Of a stretch of DNA of 64,000 nucleotides, positions 28,901 to 41,882 are shown in pieces (position 1 is the stretch's first letter; every line of letters starts with the position of its first letter). The position numbers and the translations under genes were made by a program. The stretch is taken from assembly GCA_051294375.1 (NCBI GenBank), contig CM119266.1:11217212-11281211 (forward strand), in the 5' to 3' direction. Origin of the DNA: Paraspadella gotoi (Eukaryota > Animalia > Chaetognatha). The notes beneath the pieces were generated by a model. The model was given only the letters and a program-made list of their open reading frames with translations. It had not been told where the DNA came from and did not search any database.

Positions 28901-31400
28901 AAAAAAAAAAAGATAGGAAAAAACAACTCTCACGGTGGGTTTTTCATGTCTACGAGCAGGACCACGTAAAGATACATTCGTATGAGGACAGTATCAAACA
29001 GCATTTAATATTTTTGATCCATCTTTGTTTTTGTTTTTTTCGTTTCTTTTTTTCTTCTATCTGCTAATATCCGTATACGTACCGTTGAGGCGTATTTGAG
29101 ATATATATATGATCATCTTTCTTGCGAGAGAAGACATAGAGTCTGTATGTTTTTCTTTCGGTTCGCGCCAGAGAGATGAGAGATAATGTATTTATCCACA
29201 ACTTCTTGTCATCGTAGTTAATACTACTCACACATCGAACCGAGGATGAGAGAATTATAGATGAAGCCAGTAAAGTACGGATCCAATTGGTGCATTTTGC
29301 CGGTGGTGTGTGTGTGTCAGAGTCAATTCCTTTGGTGGTACCGAGTAATAACCCTGGATTTAATTCGAATACCACAGAGGCTCGTCTGCACGGAGAGAGG
29401 AACTTATATTAGTACGCATTGGAGATCGATCACTATATAGACAGTGTGTTATTCTATCACATCATTGCGAGGAACACGACATGCGAAGATCGCTTTGGCT
29501 TCTCTTTCACTTTACTATTTCCATCTTTGCTATGTAAATCATTGGTAAAATCATAACCTACGTAATTATTCCGGAATGACTAAAGATACAAGAAAACTAA
29601 TAATATATATAAAGCGAGATAAAGAACAAATTTATACGATTCCCCGATTCAGAATCCTATGATAGTTGAGATATCACGAAAAAAATAATATCTTTCTTAT
29701 CAAAGACATTACACTTTAATAATGATTGAAAAGTAAGAGAAAAAGGCGGAGAGATAAGCAGATTGAGCAAAAAGGCTAACAGCATTAATAATGAGAAGTA
29801 ATGAGCAATGAGAGATAAAAGTGAAGAGAGAATAACTTAAGAGGTCTGAGAAAAGGATTAATAGACAAAATGAGATGAGTTCCGTCATCCCGATTAATTT
29901 GACGTCCTTACCCGCGATGGTGATGGCTAATTCATACCCCTCTTTCTAATATGCGAGCCTCTTCGTCTCCCATCTCCATATCATCTATCCCACCCCGCTC
30001 CCGTGCCTCACTACCTCTCACTACAGTTTCTCGGCGACACTCTTCTATTCTTCGTTGTTCCCGTCTTCAGTCTCGGTGCAATTTTCTTCTTTGCTTTGCC
30101 TCCTGCTTCTCTTATCTCCTTCCGATCCTGCGAGATTGAACGCAAATGGGGCCGATACAGCCTTATGCCGTTGCCCATGGAGATGAGTCCACCAAAACGC
30201 CGGTACTGTCTGTTTCTCTTCCTACTCTCTTTCTTTTTTCTTTCTTCTCTTCCATTCTTTTCCTTTTCTTTCTCTTTCTTTTTCTTCTCTCTCTCTTTCT
30301 TCTTTCCTATTCCTTTCTTTCTTTCTTTCTTTCTTTCATTTCTTTATTCCTTTCTTTCTTTTTCCACCACTGGGCGTCTCGTGACTGCCACTCATCGTCA
30401 CTTATCCCCGCACTCTCCCTTAATCATATCGATTCCTCGTTCCGTCTAACTACGTATTTCATTATCTGAGATACACATCTGTTGCTTATTTAACAATCAA
30501 ATCTATATCTTCTCTCTCTCCGAGACTCTCTCTTCCACTCTGGGCATTTCTCAAAACCGAAGGTTGCGCGCTATCGCTGACGAAAGAAAGAATAATAAGT
30601 ATTTTTTCTTTCTCATGGCTTCCTTCTTTCTCGTCGTCTCTTACTCGCTCTCCCCCATATATATTCTCTCCGTTCAGCTAGTATTCCCTATAGAGTTATT
30701 CTTTAATTTTTGATAACTCCACCCTTGTGCTAAATCTAACAATACGCCACACCTGCCCTCTCTGAGATCTTTTCCTCCCTCTCTTTTCTTCTCCGTCCCT
30801 GGTTCGCCGAGAAAACGACTTCGACCAGAGCTATTCGATTATTAATTTATTATTTTTTGTATCATGTTATTTTTTCTCTTCTCAATAATAGGAGGTAGTA
30901 ATTGTGTGGATTATTCTGTCATTTCGTTCTTGCGCATATATTGCAATCCATATACAAAAATACGAGTCATAGGTTTATTCGAAATGTTCTGCAACGCGTA
31001 CGGGGATAAGTTGAAATCGAATACCGTCCCACTCCACTTCTCTCTTACATTTGAGCCAGTACACGTTTTCTCAAACAAAACACCTTTCGTGCGCTCGAAG
31101 TAGCTTTCGGTCGTTGGCCCGTTGTTTTGTCGTCCCCTCTGTTTAATTATTAGCATATACAATACAAGTTTCACCAACGTACTCTAATTTCAATCTGAGG
31201 CCTTGGTCTTTTCAATTAATTTCCGGCTGCACTCTTCATATTTTTTACTCTTTCTGAGTACTATGCGAAGGTTGTAAACATTGTGGATTGAGCCCAGCGG
31301 TTTTTCTGTTATTCTTTTCTAAAACTTCTGTATAATTCGATATTCTGTCGTTTTATTTTTTATTTGTCGTTAAGTTTCAACTAAAAGACTTCATCGCAAG
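27166..31400. repeat. Inverted, progressively noisier copy of ~32720-36245
   Basis: 27166-29065 reverse-complements ~34360-36245. Matches persist at 29770-30220 (to 33580-33920) and 31265-31295 (to 32810-32840). Confidence 0.85.
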
Positions 31401-33264
31401 TATCAATCTTAATTATATACAGTGTTATTACCTCTTTCTCTACGCTCTTTCAACTCTCCTTGTTTAATTCTTTATTCGGATGCGAGAGAGAGAGAGAGAA
31501 TAGAAGAAGAGAGAGAGAGAGAGAGAGAGAACGTAGAGCAGAGATGAAGAGAGATTGAGAAGAAGAGCGACGAGACCCGACGAAAGAAGAAATCGAGAGT
31601 CTTAATTCAACCTATTTCTAACATATTGGCCAAATCGAAGTTTTAAATTTAGCCGGACCGGTCTAGTAGGATGTTAAGCATAACGGTTTTTCTTTCGTCA
31701 TCATCGGGTAGAATATTTTAAAACACCATCCTTAACGGCAGGCGTTATTTATTTACTGCAACGCTTGGTTAAACTGCAAATATACTGGAGACGAGGGAGG
31801 TAACCACAAACAAAACAATTTAAACAAACCTACAACTCTATGGAAGTCGATGGGATTAAACGTGATCCGATATTTAATTCTAAGCGTATGGCGGTGACTT
31901 TTAAAAAAGAACAAAAAAAATTTTAATTATTAAAATCTTGGTCCAGCCAGCGGACCACAATAAAGTTGTGTTGGCTTAAGTAAAGTGGCCAAATAGGAAA
32001 GGCCCGGGCCCCAGATCATCCACCCACAAAAAACATGGGGGATGCGCAAATGTTGGAAATGGACACCAACGCTTCCCGGGCAATCCGAGCGGAGTTCTGT
32101 TGTTTAAGTGGACCAAAACCCCCACTCCTGTTGTTGAGCGGTGAGTAGCCTCCAGTTGCACTCTACGACGCTGGAACCCGTTCCGCTCGGTTATGATGAG
32201 TGAAAGATACCCTTTGATCTTTAGACAATCAATAGTTAGAAATCCTATGACGTAATCTTTCTCGTACGTTGCTACCATGGCGCTCGACTACACCCTGGCC
32301 ACGTTCCCGAATTAAAATAAAATTTCTTATACTACTTCCGCACTATGATGGCCAAATACCCACCTTCCCTCCTCTCCCACCATCGTATATCTATACACAC
32401 ACCTTAAGATCAGCCCCCCCCCATCTCTCTGCTCCTGTTGTCTACACTCTCAAGTATGATATCAACTTCCCCCCTTCTATGAATATACCAGATTCAAATC
32501 ACTAAGATCCGCGCATCATAACGCCTTCATAATATGCGTCATCGCCCGGCTCGGACCAAAATATAAACACGCAAGGGAACGCCGGCCGGCGCGAACCCCG
32601 ACCGCTTCTCGCTGTAGCCAAAAACTGCCGCCTGACGGCAACGCTCCTCCTTTCTACATCGCCAAGCGCAGCCCTCTTTAACCGACTCTCAGCGTCGNNN
32701 NNNNNNNNNNNNNNNNNNNNNNAATAAACTATATTAGGATCTTGCGATGAGTCTTTTTGTTACTTCGCAATAAAAGACAATTTACGAGTTTTGAAACGTC
32801 GCCCGCTTGGGCAATCCACAATGTTTACAACCTTCGCGTTCGAAGAAAAAAAAATATGAAATCACCGAAAGTATGAAAAAAACCAACTTTGAAAGTCGTT
32901 GAAACTTGTTTGTTATGACTAAAAAACGAGGACGACAACAACGACAACGACGAAGCTATCGAGCGCAGGTGTTTGTTGAGGAAAACGCGGCTCAAGAGGA
33001 AGAGGAGGAGGTTTTTCGTTTTCCTTTCCCTCGACGCGTGTCGACATTTCGAAAACTGCTCTTTTTTTTTGGTTGCTTGGAAACGATGCGTACAACTTTA
33101 CTACCTTTTTTGCTTACTTCCATCATTTTCGTGTGAAGTCGTTTTCTCGCGAGGGAGAGAGAGAGGGGGGAAGATCTCGGGGCGTTGTTTGTTAGTTTAG
33201 CACAGGTGTTTAGATCTGATACAGTGAGAGAGATATATATAGGGGGGGAGAGAGTAAGAGAGAG

Positions 33265-33295
<31 letters not shown>

Positions 33296-34504
33296 NNNNN
33301 NNNNNNNNNNNNNNNNNNNNCAAATATTATTTTCTTTCTTTCTCGCGAGGGAGAAGAGAGGGGGGAAGTATGCTCGGGGCGTTGTTTTGTTAGTTTGCAC
33401 AGGTGTTTATAGATCTGATACAGGTGAGAGAGATAATATATAGTAGGGGGAGAGAGTAAGAAGAGAGAGAAAGAAGATAAGAAAGAAAAGAAAGAAAGAT
33501 AAAGAAAGAAAGAAAGGAAAGAAAGAAAGAAAGAGAAAGTAAAGAAAGAAGAAAGAAAAGAAAAGAAAAAGAAAGGAAGGTAGAGAGAAACAGACAGTGT
33601 ACTCCTACGTTATGGACGTCTCGATCAGTCATGGAAGATCAACGAGCAAGTACTCAGCTATCCCATTGTATCGATACGAACGCGATCGAAAACGGGTTAT
33701 TCCGCGGCAACAAGAAAATGCAGTCCTGACGAACACAACACAAGAAGAGAGGTGTACGCCGAACTGTGTGGTGGCCGGGCGGGGAAGTGGTTATTGGATG
33801 GGACGAAGTGCGTTTGAAGGGTAAATAAATAACTGGAGACTAAAAATCGGGGATGACGTAAAACTAATGCTTTTATCTTTCGACACAAAGCTTACAATGA
33901 TTCTGCAATATGCGTGTTAGCTTTGGATCTTGTCCTCTCATCCGTTTTCTTTCATCACACTTTCTTTAATAAAATTTTTTTGTCAATATCTAATTTATGG
34001 GAATCGGTAATAAGATTATTCATGATATACATATTAGTTGTTGTACTTTAATACTGGTTTACCAATTTTAGCATACAATGAGAAATGTAATGGAAAGAGT
34101 CTTATTTCTTTCTCAATGTGTGAAAAAATCACACCTGTCATTTTGTCTATCACCAAAAGTTCTCCGCAAAGAGGCGATTCGATGCAGATAATGTTAAATA
34201 CTGAAAAAAACAAAAACCATCGACTAGGTGTTCATCTTTTTATTTTATCAAAAGGGTAAATCAAATTCTCATTTATAATCGAGAAAAACATAGCAAGCTT
34301 TTTCTTCGATGGAAACAAAAATAAAAGACCGTAACTTACGTTTACGATAGAAAAAAAAAAACGAAAAAAACAAAAACAAAGATGGATGCAAAAATATAAT
34401 GCTTTTGAATACTGTCCTCTGACGAAAATTATCTTTACGTGGACGGTTCCATCGTAGACATGAAACCCCACCGTGAAGAATTGTTTTTCCTATTCTTTTT
34501 TTTT

Positions 34505-36476
34505 TTATGCCATTAATTTTTTGTTATCCTCCGACAAATCAAAATAAAAAGTTCCACACATCCGACTTCTTTGCCCTTTGACTTTGATGTTCAGTAGCTG
34601 CAAACAAATTTGCAAATTATACAAACGCATTTTTTGTCATAAAGTAATATAAAATTAACACCATTATATCCATAAGGCGGGCTAAAATTGATCACTTTGT
34701 TTATCATTAGGAGTTCTGTAAATATTAAATTAATTTGTCGCATCATGATACTTGAATCAATATTTTACTATCACTTTTTTAATTAGTGAAGCACAGTATA
34801 ACAACATTGAAGCATTTAAATGATTTATAAATGTAATTCGGCAAATGAAAAAAAGTTTTAAAATTTATTTCTTAATAACGATTCATCATAACGCCATGAA
34901 AAAGTTATCTCAATAAAGATATAGATGCGTTTTTTAATATTTTGATGATAAGTTGGGTCGAAATCAGGAAAACATTTAAAAAAATAATCATCATCATACG
35001 CAATACATTTTAATAGGTTTTATTGGATTTTTGATAAATAAAAACATAAAAATTTGTAAAACGTTGTAAATAGATTTTTTTTTCTTTTTTTCAAAGCTCT
35101 AACCCGAATCCGTATTTTAAAAATTTTGAATTTGAAAAAGAATTGTTTTCATGATTTCAAAATACGATAAACTTTAGAATGCTTCTATGTTAGTAACTAT
35201 ACATAAGAAATCTTAATTTTTTTTAAAAAAATTTCGTTTATCCCCACAGGATGCTCCTAACGTTATTATATATTACAGGAACACTCTATTTTTTACTTTG
35301 TTCCGCTCTTACCTATCCATCTCTTTTTCTGCTTTTTTCTCTCCTTACCAATCAAAGTGACCAAGAGACTACAACTTATCCTTGTAGTAAAGTCCCACAG
35401 TGCGCGCACGCATACCGAATTCCGTATCTTCGAGGCAAAACTTCCATGGAAATGAACTCGTATGTCTTGGCCGGGACGGGACAGTTGCAGGGTCGCACGC
35501 TTTGCCAGAACCGCTGCATGAGTGCGGGATGGGGGCAATCGTTAACTATTAACCGATGTCGAAAAAATGACAATTTCAATTGAAAAAGTTTTTTTCTGTG
35601 TATTGCGATATTTTTGATTTCTTTTTGTTAGCGCGTCGGCTGATGGAAAGCCTACGAACTAGGGGTTATGACATTTACAATCTGAAAAAATTGAAAAGCG
35701 ATCATGTTAATTGTTTTAGACTTATGTTTAAACAAAAGTCACTTTTAAAAATATAGGTTTTCTAAAAAAATATAAAGGAAACTCGAAAGAAGGAAAAGAA
35801 TAAAAATTATAATCTCGAAAGTATAAAGGAATTATGAAAACCCTAATTCAGATATGCATCTCCATTTTAAACAATTTTGATAATGAACGATGAGCATCAT
35901 CACACTAACTGGGGGCTTGACAAGCGGCGTTGCATAAAAGTTCTCGTTTCTTGCCAAGTTCCCGCGGTTGCGGGACAATCCTTCATGCTGCGATGGCCAA
36001 AAGAACAAGAACTCTTCTTGTCAGCTTCGGAGCTCGAAGTGAGGTCACCAGATCCATCCGCAAGGTCGTCACTGCCGTCGACCGTCCCGGCTTTACCTGA
36101 AATAGAGGTAAGCTTAGTAAGTTTCGTTTCGTTAGTAGTTAGTCTAGCTTTGATTCATTGTGTTGAAAGCGTTTTTTTGTTTCTTCCTTCTTTCTTTTAC
36201 TTCTTTTCCTATCTCACGTGTAATGACGGAATCCGGGGTGATCTTTAGCGAATCGAAGCGGACTTTGTTTCCCGCTTCCGCCGCAGTCGACGCAAGAAGA
36301 AGTAGCATCGCCGCGTAGAGCAGTTGGCAGGCAGCTGCAGCAGACGTGATCAGGCACCGAACGGCTCCGGCCTGGGTTCACTGCTTTGAAAATTGGAGAA
36401 AGTACCAAGTTAAAAGATGACGCAAATAAAAAAATGAAATTTAATTGTTTTCACTGTCTGTCCTTGTTCTGAACAT
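34505..36476 (-). other. Error-rich full-length copy of the GM2-activator-like gene
   Basis: Colinear with 40039-41882 (DCGGSGK, PCNCPVPAKTYEF visible in the ORF track) with many 1-bp indels. Confidence 0.75.
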
Positions 36477-39318
36477 CTTTCTCCTATTTCTCGGTTTCTT
36501 TGTTTCGTACGCGGAAGAAAGAGTTCAGATTGTTAAAAAGCTTAAACAGCGCAGTAAAGGGGAATGTAAGCTCTGTTTATTCGCGGAGTTTTCCAGTGAA
36601 TTAGGCAGCGGAATTCGCAGCGGTATTTTTTTTACCTATTTAGAAGTCTTCAGCTACTAAACTACTTTAGTATATTCTCTGCTTAAGCTATTTTCTATTT
36701 CTTTTTGTTCTAGTAATTTTCTCAAGAACCCGCATCTATCGTATCAAGAAGGGCGTGTCTGACAAGTTTTTATAACACATTCAGTATATTATCATTTGTT
36801 TTCCTTAGAAAATAGTAAAATTTTAGTTTCACACGGCTAGAGACGGGAACGCTGTAGAGTTAGCGCATTCGGCAGCAGTAGACAACTGTGTTTCCCCTTT
36901 TGTTCCCTTCATCGCAAAATTGTAAAAAAAATAGTTTAGGGGCTATTAATATGCCCTGCATTTTACTCATTAAATGAGGATAAAAGGGTAACTAAATAAC
37001 ACACTTTTTAAATATACATAATATCTCTTTCAGCATGTAAAGTCTGTATACTATGTTTCGTGAAGCTACGGAACCAGAATGAGCTCAGTACTTTTATCTA
37101 TAAATCATAAAGTCCTTCTGACTAATTAAAATTCTTATTCATCAAACAAATCAGTCCTTATCACGGAGTTTCAGGCGTTCGCGGTATTAATTTTTATTTT
37201 CTATCAAATACGATTCATAATGAATCTCACATTGTCGTCGTCCTTTTATTTTCGTCGCGTCTTCGTCGTTTGCTTTGCGTCGTATACATCGTCGCCGACG
37301 CAGCTCACACCGTCGTCATTGTCGTCGTCGCCTTAGTTTGTCGTCTTCTATAGTCGTCGCATTCCGCGCGCGCACTCTGCGCTTTCACAATAATATCTTG
37401 TCGTCGTCAGTTCGTCGTCGTAATCCGTTCGTTGCCGTCATTGATAGATGCCCTACATCTTGCTAATCGCGTTTCCGTCTCTCTCTCTCTCTCACTCTCT
37501 TCTCTCTCTCATCTCTCGTTCTCTCTCTCTCGCTCTCTCTGCTCTCTCTGCTCTCTCTCACTTTCCATCTCTCTCTCTCTCGTTGGCATTCAGCACCATC
37601 AGGCAGATCATCGTCGGGTCACTGTTCCTCACCTTTTCCGTTCCTTTTCCTTTCCTCTCCATCCTCCTCCTCTTCTTCCTCCGCTCTTCCCTCTCTTTTC
37701 TCTTCTCCTCTTCCTCGTTACTTGTTTTTATTTTCCGCTTGGGCCTCCTCTTAGACCGAACCAATTCCTCGTCCTCTCTCATCGCCCTCTCTCTCCTCTC
37801 GTAATTCGTATTGTCTGTCTCTCTTCTCTCTCCAAATCTCTCCTCTCGTCGTCTCTCTCGGTTCTTCGTCTCCTCTTCTCTCTCTCTCTTCTCTCTCGTC
37901 TCTCCGCCTCTCGTTATCGGTCGCGCCCTAAAATTGTGTACCCGGGCCTGTGATGCTCTTTCACCTTAGCTCTCACTGTTTCCCTCCCGAACCTAATTCA
38001 AAATGTTTCCTCTCGCTGCCGACGTGCGACATGAGTCCGTCAGCTCGTTGTCGTCATCGTTGTCCTCGTCATGATTGTTTTTTTTTGCTTGGGCGAGTTT
38101 TCCACTGGGGATTCACGGATGATCTTCACATCAGTGCAGAGGCGAGCGATCTGAGCCTCGGGCCAACGGTGAGTCCGGAACCTTTCTTCATATTTCTGCC
38201 GGTTACTATCATGTAGACACAGCTCACTCTCTCTCTGGACTCTCTCTCTCTCAGGTAGAGAGAAACAGACAGTACCGGCGGTTTGGCGTCTCATCTCCAT
38301 AGCAACGGCATCTTCGCCCCATTTGCGTCAATCCGATCGGAAACGGGTGACGTGGCGTACACCTCTCTTCTTGTTTGTGTTCGTTAGGATGCATTTCTTG
38401 TTGCCTCGAGATACCGTTTCGATTCGGCGGGTGATATGCGACTCAAAAATGATGGGTCAGCAACTGCCGTGTTGGACTCTTGACCGAGACCTCAACCGCA
38501 TGGTCTACTGTCTTTTCTTCTCTACCTTCCTTTCTTTTTCTTTCTTTTCTTTCTTCTTTCTTTCTTTCTTTTCTTTCTTTCTTTCCTTTCTTTCTTTCTT
38601 TCTTTCTTTCTTTTCTTTCTTTCCTTTCTCTCTCTTCTTACTCTCTCCCCCTATATATATCTCTGCTCTCACTGTATCAGATCTAAACACCTGTGCTAAA
38701 CAAAAAACAACGCCCGAGATCTTCCCCCCTCTCTCTCTCCCTCGCGAGAAAGAAAGAAAATAATATTTGTTTCTTTCTTTCTTTCCTTTCTTTCTCTCTC
38801 TCTTTACTCTCTCCCGCGCCCTATTATTAATAATCTCTCTCACGTATCAGAATCTAAACACCTGTTGCTAAACTAACAAACAACGCCCCGAGATCTTCCC
38901 CCCTTCTCTTCTCTCCCTCGCGAGAAAACGACTTCACACGAAAATGATGGAAGTAAGGCAAAAAACGGTAGTAAAGTTGTACGCATCGTTTCCAAGCAAC
39001 CAAAAAAAAAAAGAGCAGTTTTCGAAATGTTCGACACCGTCTCGAGGGAAAGGAAAACGAAAAACCTCCTCCTCTTCCTCTTGAGCCGCGTTTTCCTCAA
39101 CAAACACGCTGCGCTCTCGAATAGGCCTCTCGTCCGTTGTTCGTTGTTGTCGTCCTCGTTTTTTAGTTCATAACAAACAAGTTTCAACGACTTCAAAGTC
39201 TGCGTTTTTTTCATACTTTCGTGGATTTTCATATTTTTTTTTCTCCTAACGAAGTCCGCGAAGGTTGTAAACATTGTGGATCTCTTCTCTTTTNNNNNNN
39301 NNNNNNNNNNNNNNNNNN

Positions 39319-40025
39319 GTGTCGCCGAACTGTGTGGTGGCCGGGGCGGGGGAAGTGGTTATTGGATGGGACGAAGGTGCCTTTGAAGGGTATAAATACT
39401 GGAGACTAAAAATCGGGGATGACGGAAAACCTATGCTTTTATCTTTCGACACAAAGCTTACAATGATTCTCAAAATGCTGTTAGCTTTGATCTTGTCTAT
39501 CCGTTTTCTTTCATCAACTTTCTTTAATAAAATTTTTTTGTCAATATCTAATTTATGGGAATCGTATAAATTATTCATATATACATATTAGTTTTGTACT
39601 TTATACTGGTTTTACCAATTTTACATACAATGAGAATGTAAATGAAAGAGTCTTGATTCTTTCTCAATGTTGAAAAATCACACTGTCATTTGTCTATCAC
39701 CAAAAGTTCTCCGCAAGAGAGCGGATTCGATCAGTATGTAAATACTGAAACAAAACAAAAGACCATCGACTCGGTTTCATCTTTTTATTTTAATCAAAAG
39801 GGTAAATCAAATTCTCATTTATAATCGAGAAAAACATAGCAAGCTTTTTCTTCGATGGAACAAAAATAAAAGACCGTAACTTACGTTTACGATAGAAAAA
39901 AAAACGAAAAAAACAAAAAAACAAAGATGGATCAAAAATATAAATGCTTTTGAATACTGTCCTCACGAATTATCTTTACTGGTTCCATCGTAGACATGAA
40001 AACCCACCGTTGAGATTGTTTTTTC
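39319..40025 (-). CDS. Putative exons with cadherin-like motifs and a Pro/Thr stalk, directly 3' of the ML gene
   Basis: Cross-copy reading gives ..STVGFHVYDGTSKDNS|I(T)Y.IESPLCGELLVIDKMTGVIFS.. and ..ILRIIVSFVSKDKSIGFPSSPIFSLQYLYPSKAPSSHPITTSPAPATTQFGD. Donor GTGAGG at ~39966 and acceptor TTTCAG at ~39745. The sequence is noisy. Confidence 0.35.
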
Positions 40026-40038
40026 TATCTTTTTTTTT

Positions 40039-41882
40039 TTATGCATTAATTTTTTTGTTATCCTCCAAATCAAAATAAAAGTCCACACATCCGACTTCTT
40101 TGCCCTTTGACTTGATGTTCAGCTGCAAACAAATTTGCAAATTATACAAACCATTTTTTGTCATAAAGTATATAAAATTAACACCATTACTATCCATTAA
40201 GGCGGGCTAAAATTGATCACTTTTTATCATTAGGAGTTCTGTAATATTAAATTAATTTGTCCATCATATACTTAATCAATATTTACTATCACTTTTTTAA
40301 TTAGTGAAGCACAGTATAACATTGAAGCATTTAAATATTTATAAATGTATTGGCAATGAAAAAAAGTTTTAAATTTTATTTCTTAATAACGGATTCACAT
40401 AACCCATAAAAAGTTATCTACAAAAAGTATAATGCGTTTTTAAATATTTTGATGATAAGTTGGTCAAATCAGGAAAAACATTTAAAAATAATAATCATCA
40501 TCATACCATAATTTTTATAGGTTTTATTATTTTTGATAAATAAAACATAAAAATTTGTAAAACTTGTAATAATTTTTTTTTTCTTTTTCAAGCTCTACCC
40601 GAATCCGTTTTTAAAAATTTTGAATTTGAAAAAAATTGTTTTCATGATTTCAAAATACGATAAACTTTAAATGCTTCTATGTTAGTAACTATACATAAAA
40701 TCTTAATTTTTTTAAAAATTTCGTTATCCCACAGGGATGCTCTAACGTTATTTATATTACAGAACTCTTATTTTTTACTTTGTTCCGCCTTACTATCCAT
40801 CTCTTTTCTCTTTGTTCTTCCTCCTTACCATCAAAGTGACAAGAGACTACAACTTACCTTGTAGTAAAAGTCCCCAGTGCCCCACCATCCGAATTCGTTC
40901 TTCGGAGGCAAAACTTCCATGATGAACTCGTATGTCTTGGCCGGGACGGGACAGTTGCAGGGTCCGCCCGCTTTGCAGAACCCTGCATCGGGTGGGGCAT
41001 CGTTTAACTATTACGATGTCGAAAAAATAAATTTCAATTGAAAAAGTTTTTTTCTGTGTATGCGGAATATTTTGATTTCTTTTTGTTAGGGCGTCGGCTG
41101 ATGGAAAGCCTCGAACAGGGGTTTATGAACATTTACATCTGAAAAAATTGAAAAGCGATCATTAATTGTTTTAGACTTCATTTAAACAAAAGTCACTTTT
41201 AAAAAATAGGTTTTCTTAAAAAAATAAAGAAAACTGAAGAAGAAAGAATAAAAATTAAACTCGAAAGTATAAAGAATTATGAACCCTAATTCAGATGCAT
41301 CTCCATTTTACAATTTTGTAATGAACGATGAGCATCATCACACTAACTGGGGGCTTGGACAAGCGCGTTGCAAAAATTCTCGTTCTTGCAGGTTCCAGCG
41401 TTGCCGGGACAATCCTTCATCTGCGATGGCCAAAAGAACAAGATCTTCTTGTCCAGCTCGGAGTCGAAGGTGAGGTCATCCAGATCCACCAAGGTCGTCA
41501 CTTGCCCGTCGACCGTCGCCGCTTTACTGAATAGGTAAGTTAGTAAGTTCGTTCGTTAGTAAGTTAGTCTACTTTGATTCATTGTGTTGAAGCGTTTTTT
41601 GTTTCTTCCCTTCTTTCTTTTCTTCTTTTTCCATCTCACGTGTAAATGACGGGATCCGGGGTGATCTTTAGCGAATCGAAGCGGACTTTTTTCCCGCTTC
41701 CGCCGCAGTCCGACCAAGAGAAGTAGCTCGCCGTAGACAGTTGCAGCAGCTGCAGCAACGTGATCAGCACGACGGCTCCGGCTGGGTTCAGCTGCTTTGA
41801 AAATTGAGAAAGTACCAAGTAAAAGATGACCAAATAAAAATGAAATTTAATTGTTTTCACGTACTTGTCCTTTTCTGAACAT
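40039..41882 (-). CDS. GM2A: GM2 ganglioside activator-like protein (ML/MD-2-related lipid-recognition domain), ~195 aa, 5 exons
   Basis: Exons 41865-41882 (MFRKGQ), 41640-41794 (hydrophobic signal + YFSWSDCGGSGKKVRFDSLKITPDPVIY), 41348-41526 (..ELDKKILFFW..DCPGNAGTCKNENFCNAL), 40858-41007 (..GGPCNCPVPAKTYEF..GWWGTGDFYYK; local indel errors), 40039-40122 (LNIKSKGKEVGCVDFYFDLED). These parallel recalled GM2A motifs FSWDNC, LTLEPDP, GSC..FC, PCHCPFKEGTY, WLTTGNY and GKRLGC. Orthology was not tested. Confidence 0.85.

Noticed and set aside
29065-32697. Apparently novel ORFs (29064-29375, 30911-31177, 31976-32278)
   Set aside because: They lie in the degraded arm and centre of a fold-back; parts are noisy reverse copies of 32.7-34 kb, so they are most likely low-quality read sequence.
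27166-41882. Tandem expansion of GM2-activator paralogues or pseudogenes
   Set aside because: Copies differ by scattered 1-bp indels in exons and introns alike and are bounded by placeholder gaps or fold-back junctions.
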